Positions 33,788-41,758 of a stretch of 64,000 nucleotides of DNA are shown here, piece after piece. The DNA is taken from positions 36-64,035 of the forward strand of contig CAYTEO010000010.1 of assembly GCA_964436825.1 (NCBI GenBank). The letters run 5' to 3'. How positions within the stretch are numbered: position 1 is the stretch's first letter; each line of letters begins with the position of its first letter. The position numbers and the translations under genes are program-made. The stretch comes from an uncultured Fibrobacteraceae bacterium (GTDB lineage: Bacteria > Krumholzibacteriota > Krumholzibacteriia > LZORAL124-64-63). The notes beneath the pieces are model-generated. The model made no database searches and was not told the DNA's origin. It saw only the letters and a program-made list of their open reading frames with translations.

Positions 33788-33999
33788 CTTCGGTGTCTCC
33801 TCGTCACGGACACGGGAGTGACATCGTCGGACAAGAATCAAGCACGTCGTAACATGGCTGGCAACAAGCAATGAGAGGGACTTGCCGGCAGGGAAGTTCG
33901 GTGTCATGCTGGAACCCTGTCGTTGTTCGCTCTGGTCGATCGCTGTCCATCGGGAGTGCGACCGTCGTGACCACGCTCTGGACCGGCACCCTCACCAAG

Positions 34000-34812
34000 A
34001 TGGCCGTCACCCCCGGTCCACCGGGGCAGGCGGCCGCCTACTCCCTGACCGACGGCTTCCACGACCCCGCCGGGCGCAGCTCCGATCTCCCCCTGAACCC
34101 GCTGCTGGGCCGGCCGGTCGAGCTGCGCTTCACCGGCACGATCACCTGCGTCGCCTGCGGGCGGGAGACGAGGAAGACCCACGGGCCCGGCTACTGCTTC
34201 CCCTGTTCCCGGCGGCGGGCCGAGGCCGACATCTGCATCGTCAAGCCCGAGCTGTGCCACCACGGCGACCCTGACGCTCCCTGCCGCGACGAGGAGTTCG
34301 CCAGGCGGCACTGCTTCCAGCCCCACGTCCTGTACGTCTCGCTGACCTCGGCGCCCAAGGTGGGGATCACCCGCAAGGTCAACATTCCCACGCGCTGGCT
34401 GGACCAGGGGGCCGTGGCGGCGGTACCCCTGGCCGAGCTGCCGAGTCGCCGCGACGTGGGCCTGCTGGAGAAGGAACTCTCCGCCCGCCACGCCGACCGG
34501 ACCCACTGGATGACGATGCTGCGCGAGGAGGCGCCGGAACACGACCTGGAGGAGTTCGCCGCGCGGGTGGCGGCCGAGCTGGAGGAGCGCGGCGTGACGC
34601 TGTTGCCGCCGGAGCAGCGGGTCGTGCACCGTTTCCGGTATCCAGTCCTGCGCTTCCCGGAGAAGGTCAGGAGCTTCAACCTGGACCGCTCGCCCGTGGT
34701 GGCGGGGATCCTGGAGGGGATCAAGGGCCAGTACCTGCTGCTGGATGGCGGTGTCATCAACGTCCGCAAGTTCACCGGCTACCACGTCGAGCTGCGGGGG
34801 GAGGGGGAATGA
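34000..34812 (+). CDS. Conserved hypothetical protein with a CxxC...CxxC zinc-ribbon motif (DUF2797-like)
   Basis: Motif TCVACGRETRK...GYCFPCSRRRAEADIC. The start is uncertain: ATG 34000 was chosen, and ATG 33871 is an alternative. Neither has a good SD. The stop overlaps the SLC13 start (ATGA). Confidence 0.5.
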   Translation: MAVTPGPPGQAAAYSLTDGFHDPAGRSSDLPLNPLLGRPVELRFTGTITCVACGRETRKTHGPGYCFPCSRRRAEADICIVKPELCHHGDPDAPCRDEEFARRHCFQPHVLYVSLTSAPKVGITRKVNIPTRWLDQGAVAAVPLAELPSRRDVGLLEKELSARHADRTHWMTMLREEAPEHDLEEFAARVAAELEERGVTLLPPEQRVVHRFRYPVLRFPEKVRSFNLDRSPVVAGILEGIKGQYLLLDGGVINVRKFTGYHVELRGEGE

Positions 34813-36344
34813 GCGGGGACAAGGGCCGTTTCCAGGCGATCGGCCTGTGGCTGGGACCGCTGGTCGCGGTGCTGCTGATCCTGTCGGCGGACCTGGATCC
34901 GGACCGGCCGGAGGTGACGGCCATGGCGGCGGTCGCCCTCTGGATGGCGCTGTGGTGGCTGAGCGAGGCGGTGCCGCTGGCGGCGACGGCGCTGCTGCCG
35001 GTCGTCCTCTATCCCCTGCTGGGGATCATGAGCGGCAGGGAGGTGGCACCGGTCTACTGCAACTGGATCATCTTCCTGTTCCTGGGCGGGTTCATGGTGG
35101 CCCTGGCCATGGAGCGCTGGGACCTGCACCGGCGGATCGCCCTGCGGATCATCTCCGCCATCGGCGGCGGGCCGCGGCGGATCGTCCTGGGCTTCATGCT
35201 GGCCAGCGCCTTCCTCTCCATGTGGGTCAGCAACACGGCGACGACGATGATGATGGCGCCGGTGGCCATGGCCGTCGTGGCGGGCCTGCGGGGGCGGGCC
35301 GACCGGCAGCGCGTGGACGCCTTCGCCACCGCGCTGCTGCTGGCGACGGCCTACGCCGCCTCGGTGGGCGGCCTCTCGACGCTGATCGGCACCCCGCCCA
35401 ACCCGCTGCTGGTCAGCAACGTGGGTGTCATGTTCCCCGGGGCGCCCGAGATCTCGTTCGCGGGCTGGATGATCCTCGGCCTGCCGGTGGCCGTCGTCGC
35501 CCTGGCGGTCGTCTGGGTCGAGCTGTCGCTGCTGTACCGGCTGCACGAGGCCGGCGACCTGATCGACCACGCCGCCCTGCGCCGCCAGCGGAAGCTGCTG
35601 GGGCCCATGTCCTTCGCCGAGAAGGTCGTCCTGGCCGACTTCTCCCTGATGGCCCTGCTCTGGCTGTCGCGCAAGGGATTGACCGTCGGCGGGTTCTCGG
35701 TGCCGGGCTGGTCGCACCTGCTGTCCCACGGCCGGTTCGTCGACGACGGCACCGTCGCCATGACCCTGGCCCTCGTCCTGTTCGTCGTCCCCGCCCGCAA
35801 CGGGAAGGGAGAGAGGATCCTGGACTGGCCCACCGCCCGCCGGCTGCCGTGGGGGATCGTCCTGCTGTTCGGCGGCGGGTTCGCCCTGGCCAGGGGGTTC
35901 GTCGCCACGGGTCTGTCCGGGTGGCTGGGCGACAGGATGGCCGGCCTGTCGTTCCTGCCCACGCCGCTGCTGGTCCTGGTCGTCTGCCTCGTCATGACGT
36001 TCGTGACCGAGCTGACGAGCAACACGGCGACGACCCAGATGGCGCTGCCGGTCCTGGCCAGCCTGGCCGTGGCCATCGGGGTCAACCCGCTGCTGCTGAT
36101 GGTGCCGGCCACCCTGTCGGCCTCCTGCGCCTTCATGCTGCCGGTGGCCACCCCGCCCAACGCCATCGTCTTCGGCACCGGCATGGTCTCGGTCCGCGAC
36201 ATGGCGCGCACCGGTCTCCTGCTGAACCTGGTCGGCGCGGTGGTCATCACCGCGGCCATCTACCTGCTGGGCGGGGCGGCGTTCGGGATGGACCTCCACG
36301 GGGTCCCGGCCTGGGCGGCCCACCTGGCGGGGGGAGGGGGGTAG
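34809..36344 (+). CDS. SLC13/DASS-family Na+-coupled anion symporter (sulfate or di/tricarboxylate transporter)
   Basis: About 511 aa polytopic protein with two SNTAT(T/M) hairpin motifs (WVSNTATTMMMAPV and LTSNTATTQMALPV) diagnostic of DASS transporters. Confidence 0.8.
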   Translation: MSGDKGRFQAIGLWLGPLVAVLLILSADLDPDRPEVTAMAAVALWMALWWLSEAVPLAATALLPVVLYPLLGIMSGREVAPVYCNWIIFLFLGGFMVALAMERWDLHRRIALRIISAIGGGPRRIVLGFMLASAFLSMWVSNTATTMMMAPVAMAVVAGLRGRADRQRVDAFATALLLATAYAASVGGLSTLIGTPPNPLLVSNVGVMFPGAPEISFAGWMILGLPVAVVALAVVWVELSLLYRLHEAGDLIDHAALRRQRKLLGPMSFAEKVVLADFSLMALLWLSRKGLTVGGFSVPGWSHLLSHGRFVDDGTVAMTLALVLFVVPARNGKGERILDWPTARRLPWGIVLLFGGGFALARGFVATGLSGWLGDRMAGLSFLPTPLLVLVVCLVMTFVTELTSNTATTQMALPVLASLAVAIGVNPLLLMVPATLSASCAFMLPVATPPNAIVFGTGMVSVRDMARTGLLLNLVGAVVITAAIYLLGGAAFGMDLHGVPAWAAHLAGGGG

Positions 36345-36345
36345 G

Positions 36346-36627
36346 GTGACCGGGCGCATGGAGATCGACGGTGTCCTGGACCTGCACATGTTCCGTCCGG
36401 ACGAGACGCGGGACCTGGTCCGCGACTACCTGGACGAGTGCCGACGGCTGGGGATCCTGGACGTGAGGATCGTCCACGGCAAGGGGATCGGCGTGCAGCG
36501 GGAGATCGTCCACGCCGTCCTGCGCGACCATCCCGCCGTCGTCTCCTTCGGCCACCCGTCCGACGCCGGCGGGTGGGGCGCGACCGTCGTGCGGCTGCGC
36601 CCGCCCGGGGAGGGGGACGATGGGTAG
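36346..36627 (+). CDS. Stand-alone Smr-domain protein (small MutS-related nuclease domain)
   Basis: GTG 36346 lies 2 nt after the SLC13 stop. Smr motifs LDLHMF...DVRIVHGKGIGV..LR are present. About 93 aa. Confidence 0.65.
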   Translation: MTGRMEIDGVLDLHMFRPDETRDLVRDYLDECRRLGILDVRIVHGKGIGVQREIVHAVLRDHPAVVSFGHPSDAGGWGATVVRLRPPGEGDDG

Positions 36628-37012
36628 GTTCAAGAACCGCCGTCCCGGTCGCAGCGGCAGGACGCGGGGGATGCGCCGCACGATCCGGCGCGACGCCGAC
36701 CGTGAGCCGAAGACCGGGACGCCACGATCCGGTCCGCTGCCCCCGCAGATCGACCTGCACCGCCGCCGCGCCGACGAGGCGCTGGCCTACCTGGAGATGA
36801 TGCTCCAGGTGCATCGTCGGCGCGGGGATCGGGAGGTCCTGGTCGTCCACGGCCGCGGCCTCCACTCGGAGACGGGACGGTCGGTCCTGGGACCGCTGGT
36901 CCGGCAGTGGCTGGTCGATCACCCCGGACTGGTCGCCACCCACCGCCCGGCGCCGCGCGACTGGGGCGGCGAGGGGGCGGTCGTCGTCGTGCTGAGGAGG
37001 GAGAAGGAATGA
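36620..37012 (+). CDS. Second stand-alone Smr-domain protein
   Basis: ATG 36620 overlaps the previous stop by 8 nt. Motifs IDLHRRRADEAL...VLVVHGRGLHS...VRQWL are present. An N-terminal Arg-rich tail (GRFKNRRPGRSGRTRGMRRTIRR) is present. Confidence 0.65.
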   Translation: MGRFKNRRPGRSGRTRGMRRTIRRDADREPKTGTPRSGPLPPQIDLHRRRADEALAYLEMMLQVHRRRGDREVLVVHGRGLHSETGRSVLGPLVRQWLVDHPGLVATHRPAPRDWGGEGAVVVVLRREKE

Positions 37013-37758
37013 CGGATCTCGACGGCAGGATCGCCCTGGTCACCGGCGGCGCGGTGCGCATCGGCCGTGTGATCGCCCTGGCCCTGGCCCGCGCCGGGGC
37101 CGACGTCGCCGTCCACTATCGCCGCTCGCGACGGGAGGCGGAACGGACGGCGGCCGAGATCGAGGCGCTGGGCAGGCGCGCGACGCTCGTCCAGGCCGAG
37201 CTGGCCGACGGCGAGGCACCGGCCCGGCTGCTGGCCGAGGCGGCGGCCGCCCTGGGACCGGTCGACCTGCTGGTCAACAACGCGTCGCTCTTCACGCGGA
37301 CCGACCTGGCGGGGACGGGCCTGGGCGACTGGGCCCCGATGATGCGCGTCAACCTGCGGGCGCCGCTGCTGCTGGCGCAGGCGATGGCCGCCAACCTGCC
37401 CCCGGAGCGGCGCGGCGACATCGTCAACCTGAACGACGTCCACGCCCTAGCCCCCCGCACCGGTGCCGTTCCCTACCTGCTGAGCAAGCACGGCCTGCAC
37501 GGCCTGACCCGGAACCTGGCCCTGGAGCTGGCGCCGCGGATCAAGGTCAACGAGGTGGCCCTGGGCGCCGTCCTGCCGCCTGCCGCCCCGCCCGACGGCT
37601 ACGTCCACACCCCGCGCGCGCGGATCCCCCTGGACCGGTTCCCCACCCCCGACGACGTGGCCGACGCCGTCCTGTTCCTGGTCCGCTCGCCGGCCGTGAC
37701 GGGGCTGACGATCGCCGTCGACGGCGGGGAGCACCTCCACGGCGGCGGGGCGCCGTGA
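37009..37758 (+). CDS. SDR-family oxidoreductase (short-chain dehydrogenase/reductase, pteridine-reductase-like)
   Basis: ATG 37009 overlaps the previous stop (ATGA) and is preceded by GGAGGGAGAAGG. Motifs TGGAVRIGRVIA (TGxxxGxG), NNAS and catalytic YLLSK (YxxxK). Confidence 0.8.
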   Translation: MTDLDGRIALVTGGAVRIGRVIALALARAGADVAVHYRRSRREAERTAAEIEALGRRATLVQAELADGEAPARLLAEAAAALGPVDLLVNNASLFTRTDLAGTGLGDWAPMMRVNLRAPLLLAQAMAANLPPERRGDIVNLNDVHALAPRTGAVPYLLSKHGLHGLTRNLALELAPRIKVNEVALGAVLPPAAPPDGYVHTPRARIPLDRFPTPDDVADAVLFLVRSPAVTGLTIAVDGGEHLHGGGAP

Positions 37759-38885
37759 CCGGCCGCTGGCTGCTGGACGGGGCGGAGATCGCCCGCCTGG
37801 ACGCGCGGGAGCCCGTCGCCGTCGTCGACGAGCGGCGCGTCCGCCGCAACGTCGCCGCCATGGCCGCCCGGGCCGCCGCGACCGGCGCGCGGCTGCGTCC
37901 CCACGTCAAGACCCACCAGACCGTCGAGATCGCCAGCTGGTGCCGCGAGGCCGGCGCGCGGGGGATCACCGTCTCCTCCCTCGCCATGGCCCGCGCCTAC
38001 GTGGGGGCCGGCTGGGACGACGTGACCATCGCCCTGCCGGCCAACCCGCGCTGGGCGCCGGAGCTGTCACGGCTGGCGGAGCGGGCGCGCGTCGGCGTCC
38101 TGCTGGACGATCCGGCGGCGGCGCGTGCCCTGGACGCGGGCCTGACCGCGGACGTGGCGGCCTGGCTGAAGATCGACGTCGGCTACGGCCGGGCCGGCGT
38201 GCGCTGGGACGACCGGTCGCGGCTGGCCGTGCTGGCCGCCGCCGTCGCCGGTGCGGCGCACCTGTCCGCGGCCGGCGTGCTGACCCACGCGGGGCAGAGC
38301 TACGCGGCCCGGGGACGGGAGCGGATCGCCGCCGTCTGCGGGGAGGCGCTGGAACGGCTGACGGCGGCCCGCCGGTTCGTCGCCGACCGCTGGGGCGGCC
38401 GCTGCGCGGCGTCGTTCGGCGATACGCCGTGCTGCAGCGTCCTGGAGCGGTTCCTGGAGGTCGACGAGCTGCGTCCGGGCAACTACGTCTTCCACGACCT
38501 GATGCAGCACGCCGCGGGGGTCTGCGACGACGGCGCCATCGCCCTGGCCGTGGCCTGCCCGGTCCTGTCGGTCCAGCGGGAGAGGGGCCGGCTGCTGCTC
38601 CACGGCGGCGCCGTCCACCTGAGCAAGGAGCGGCTACCCGACGGTACGTTCGGTCGCCTCCTGGCGGCCACCGGCGCGGGCTTCGGCTCCCTGCACCCGA
38701 CGGCGCGCCTGGCGGGCCTGTCCCAGGAGCACGGGCTGCTGGAGGCGCCGGCGGACTTGCTGGAGACGGCCAGGCCGGGGGACGTCGTCCTGGTGGCGCC
38801 GGTCCATTCCTGCCTGGCGGCCGACCTGGCGGACCGGATCGTCACCTGGGAAGGTACCGCCCTGACGTCGCTGCGCCGCCGCTAG
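37755..38885 (+). CDS. Fold-type III PLP enzyme of the alanine-racemase-N / DSD1 family (D-serine or D-threonine deaminase/aldolase-like)
   Basis: GTG 37755 overlaps the SDR stop (GTGA). PLP lysine region LRPHVKTHQT. About 376 aa. Confidence 0.65.
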   Translation: MTGRWLLDGAEIARLDAREPVAVVDERRVRRNVAAMAARAAATGARLRPHVKTHQTVEIASWCREAGARGITVSSLAMARAYVGAGWDDVTIALPANPRWAPELSRLAERARVGVLLDDPAAARALDAGLTADVAAWLKIDVGYGRAGVRWDDRSRLAVLAAAVAGAAHLSAAGVLTHAGQSYAARGRERIAAVCGEALERLTAARRFVADRWGGRCAASFGDTPCCSVLERFLEVDELRPGNYVFHDLMQHAAGVCDDGAIALAVACPVLSVQRERGRLLLHGGAVHLSKERLPDGTFGRLLAATGAGFGSLHPTARLAGLSQEHGLLEAPADLLETARPGDVVLVAPVHSCLAADLADRIVTWEGTALTSLRRR

Positions 38886-38978
38886 AGACGGCTGCGGCGG
38901 GAGGTCGTCACGGTGCCGACGCGCGGCGCCGGGGCCCCCGGAGGGACCCCGGCGCGAGGTCGTCGGCCGCGCCGCGGT

Positions 38979-41546
38979 TCAACCCCTGTCCCGGTACAGG
39001 GCGTCCCACCAGCCGGGATCCCCCTTCAGCCAGCGGGCGAACCAGGCCAGGATCGTGTCGTTCCAGACGATGCGCTGGTCGTGGTCCAGGATGTGGTGGT
39101 CCTGGCCCTGGATGCGGACGTACTCCACCTCGCGGCCCAGCAGCTTCAGGGCCGTGTAGAGGGCGTCGCTCTCCCCGGGCGGGACGTTCGTGTCGACCGA
39201 GCCGTGCAGCAGCAGCAACGGCGTGTGGATCCGATCGGCATTGTAGAGGGGGCTCTGGCCGACGTAGAGATCGCGGTCGCTCCAGGGGAAGGCGTTGGCC
39301 AGGGCCCGTGCCCCGTAGCCGTATCCCCAGTACCCCATCCCCCAGTAGCTGGCGATGTTGCTGATGCCGGCGTGGCTGATGGCGCAGGCGAACATGTCGG
39401 TCTGGGTGACCAGGTACTCGGTCAGGAAGCCGCCGAACGAGGCGCCGATGCAGCCCATCCGCTCCCCGTCGGCGTCGGGGTACTGCTGCAGGAAGGCCTT
39501 CGTCCCCTCGATGATCTCCCAGGCCGTCCGCTTGCCCCAGTCGTTGACGTGGCGGGCGGCGTACTGCTGCCCGTAGCCCAGGGCGCCGCTCGGTTCGGGG
39601 ACGTAGACGAAGTACCCCTGGCCGGCCCAGACGTTCTTGGGGTAGCGGCCGCCCATGTCCCGGGTGATGGGGAAGGTGCCGCCGTAGTAGTAGACGATGA
39701 CTGGATACCGGCGCCCCTGCTGGTAGTCGCGGGGGTAGTAGACACGGCCATCCAGCTTCTGACCGTCGGGAAGCTCGGCGACGAACGACTCGACCCGGCC
39801 GAAGGTGACGTGGGCGTAGCGGTCGGCACCGGGGTCCAGCAGCAGGCGGGCCTTGCCGCTCTTCAGGTCCACGGCCCAGACCTGCTGGGGGGCCTTGGCG
39901 CTCGTGCCGGCGACGACGGCGATGTCGGCCCGGTCGGCCACGTCCCACAGGTCGACGACCTCGCAGCCTCCGGTCAACTCGCGCCAGCGCCCCTCGCGGG
40001 TGCCGATGGCCAGGCGCTGGTACTGGGTGTCCAGGACCCGGGCGACGATCCGCCCCCGATGCCAGCGCAGACCCTGGACCGCGGGATCGAAGTCCCGGGA
40101 GAGGGCCGTGGCGCGGCCGTCTCGCCGGGCGAAGAGGTAGACCTGGCCGCCGTAGTCGTTGGGGACGATGTCCTCGGGCAGGTCGCGGCCCAGGCCGTCG
40201 AAGGCCGACGGCGAGCCCAGCAGGACGAGGGTGTCGCGATCCGGCCCGTAGGCGGCGTGGTCGATCCAGTGCTCGTCCAGGTCGATCCGCCGGGTCGAGA
40301 GGTCCGACAGGTCGAGTTCCCACCACTCGCGGCGGGAGTAGGGACGCTGGGCGGGATCGGGGTACTCGCGGGCGAACAGGAGGAACCTGCCGTCGGGGCT
40401 GAACGACCAGTCCTCGGCACTGACGTCGCCGGCGGTCAGGCGGCGCCGGGAGCCGTCGACCAGGGAGACCTCCATCAGGTAGCTGCGGTTGCGCCACCAG
40501 GGCCAGCGGTCCTCCAGGGCGCGCCACCGCTTCACCTTCCGCTCGTCGGCCTTGGCCTCGACGGTGAAGGTGTAGACCAGCGAGCGGCCGTCGGGATTCC
40601 AGCGGTAGTCGCCGAAGTGCTCCACGCCGGTGACGACGGCCCTGGTGGCGCCGTCGTCCAGGTCCAGGACCCACAGGTCGGTCCTCTGCTCCTTCCCTTC
40701 CTTCGCTTCGTCGGTCGAGGTGTAGGAGAGCCGGTGTCCGTCGGGGGCCCAGGCCACGTTGCCGGCGTCCAGCAGACCGCGCCACTGGTGGACCAGCCTG
40801 CCGTGTTTCGTCTCGCGCACCTCGAGCCAGCGTTCCCGCGTGCCGTCGGGGCGGTAGGCGCCGAGGGTCAGGGCGACGAACTTCCCGTCCGGCGAGACGG
40901 CCAGCGAGGAGACCTTCGGCGCGTCCAGGATGTCGCGGATGTCGACGGCGCGGGCGGGGCGGGTCGTCACGTCGAGAACCGTCGCGGGGACCGAGTCGGG
41001 CAGCACGAGGGCGGCCGTCACGCGCCACGGCTCCTCGTCGTCGGCCGCCCGGACGGTGTGCAGCAGCAGCAGGTGGTGACCGGGGCTCAGGGAGATCTCG
41101 CCGGCGCGGGCTTCCTCTTCCGCCTCCAGCTTCACGGGTCCGCCGTCCAGGTACGCCTTCACCCGCTGGGACGATGTGACGCGCAGCCTGCCGGTGACGT
41201 GGCGGGAGGCCCGGATCCGGGTCGCCAGGTAGGCCTCGGCTGGGCCGTCGCCGCGCAGCTCGACGGTGTCGGTCGTCCAGCCGCGCCAGCCGTCCCGGTC
41301 GGCGACCGGATCGACCGCCGCCGGATCCAGGGACGGTTGCGCCAGCAGGTCGTCCAGGTCGAAGCCCCCCTTCGCCTCGTCGTGGAAGGCGGGCAGGGGA
41401 GCGGCGACGGGGCCGCGGACGAGCCACTCGCCGACGGGGATCCCGCCGTCGCCGTTTCCGGCCGCCGGGGCGGCGGCCGACAGCAGCAGCGAGGCGGTCG
41501 CCAGCAGCAGGATGGGAAGGGAGGGAACGCGGTGCGATCGCAACAT
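38979..41546 (-). CDS. Secreted S9-family serine peptidase (prolyl oligopeptidase / dipeptidyl-peptidase-like) with N-terminal beta-propeller domains
   Basis: Internal ATG 41546 with GGAGG SD. Signal peptide MLRSHRVPSLPILLLATASLLLSAAAPAAG. Nucleophile motif GASFGGFLT (GxSxGG), plus downstream Asp and His. The 60-codon upstream track extension was rejected. Confidence 0.8.
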   Translation of the reverse strand: MLRSHRVPSLPILLLATASLLLSAAAPAAGNGDGGIPVGEWLVRGPVAAPLPAFHDEAKGGFDLDDLLAQPSLDPAAVDPVADRDGWRGWTTDTVELRGDGPAEAYLATRIRASRHVTGRLRVTSSQRVKAYLDGGPVKLEAEEEARAGEISLSPGHHLLLLHTVRAADDEEPWRVTAALVLPDSVPATVLDVTTRPARAVDIRDILDAPKVSSLAVSPDGKFVALTLGAYRPDGTRERWLEVRETKHGRLVHQWRGLLDAGNVAWAPDGHRLSYTSTDEAKEGKEQRTDLWVLDLDDGATRAVVTGVEHFGDYRWNPDGRSLVYTFTVEAKADERKVKRWRALEDRWPWWRNRSYLMEVSLVDGSRRRLTAGDVSAEDWSFSPDGRFLLFAREYPDPAQRPYSRREWWELDLSDLSTRRIDLDEHWIDHAAYGPDRDTLVLLGSPSAFDGLGRDLPEDIVPNDYGGQVYLFARRDGRATALSRDFDPAVQGLRWHRGRIVARVLDTQYQRLAIGTREGRWRELTGGCEVVDLWDVADRADIAVVAGTSAKAPQQVWAVDLKSGKARLLLDPGADRYAHVTFGRVESFVAELPDGQKLDGRVYYPRDYQQGRRYPVIVYYYGGTFPITRDMGGRYPKNVWAGQGYFVYVPEPSGALGYGQQYAARHVNDWGKRTAWEIIEGTKAFLQQYPDADGERMGCIGASFGGFLTEYLVTQTDMFACAISHAGISNIASYWGMGYWGYGYGARALANAFPWSDRDLYVGQSPLYNADRIHTPLLLLHGSVDTNVPPGESDALYTALKLLGREVEYVRIQGQDHHILDHDQRIVWNDTILAWFARWLKGDPGWWDALYRDRG

Positions 41547-41758
41547 GGTCTGCCTCCGGATCGTCGTGTACGGGCGATGAACGTGTTGTCGGAGCGCCGC
41601 GCCGATCATAAGCAGCAGCCGGGAGCGTGGCCAGCTGGAACTCCCCGGCCCGCGCGACCACCCGGCGCGGGTCGCGGTCCGCGCAACGTCGGCTTGCCGG
41701 TTCCCGGGGCAACCATCACTTTCCACTGGAACCAGGTGTCAGCGAAAGGATACGGACG

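Noticed and set aside
33871-33999. Alternative upstream ATG (33871) for the DUF2797-like gene
   Set aside because: There is no SD for either start. The 43-aa extension (MRGTCRQGSSVSCWNPVVVRSG...) looks non-globular. I kept ATG 34000 but with low confidence. The true start may be 33871.
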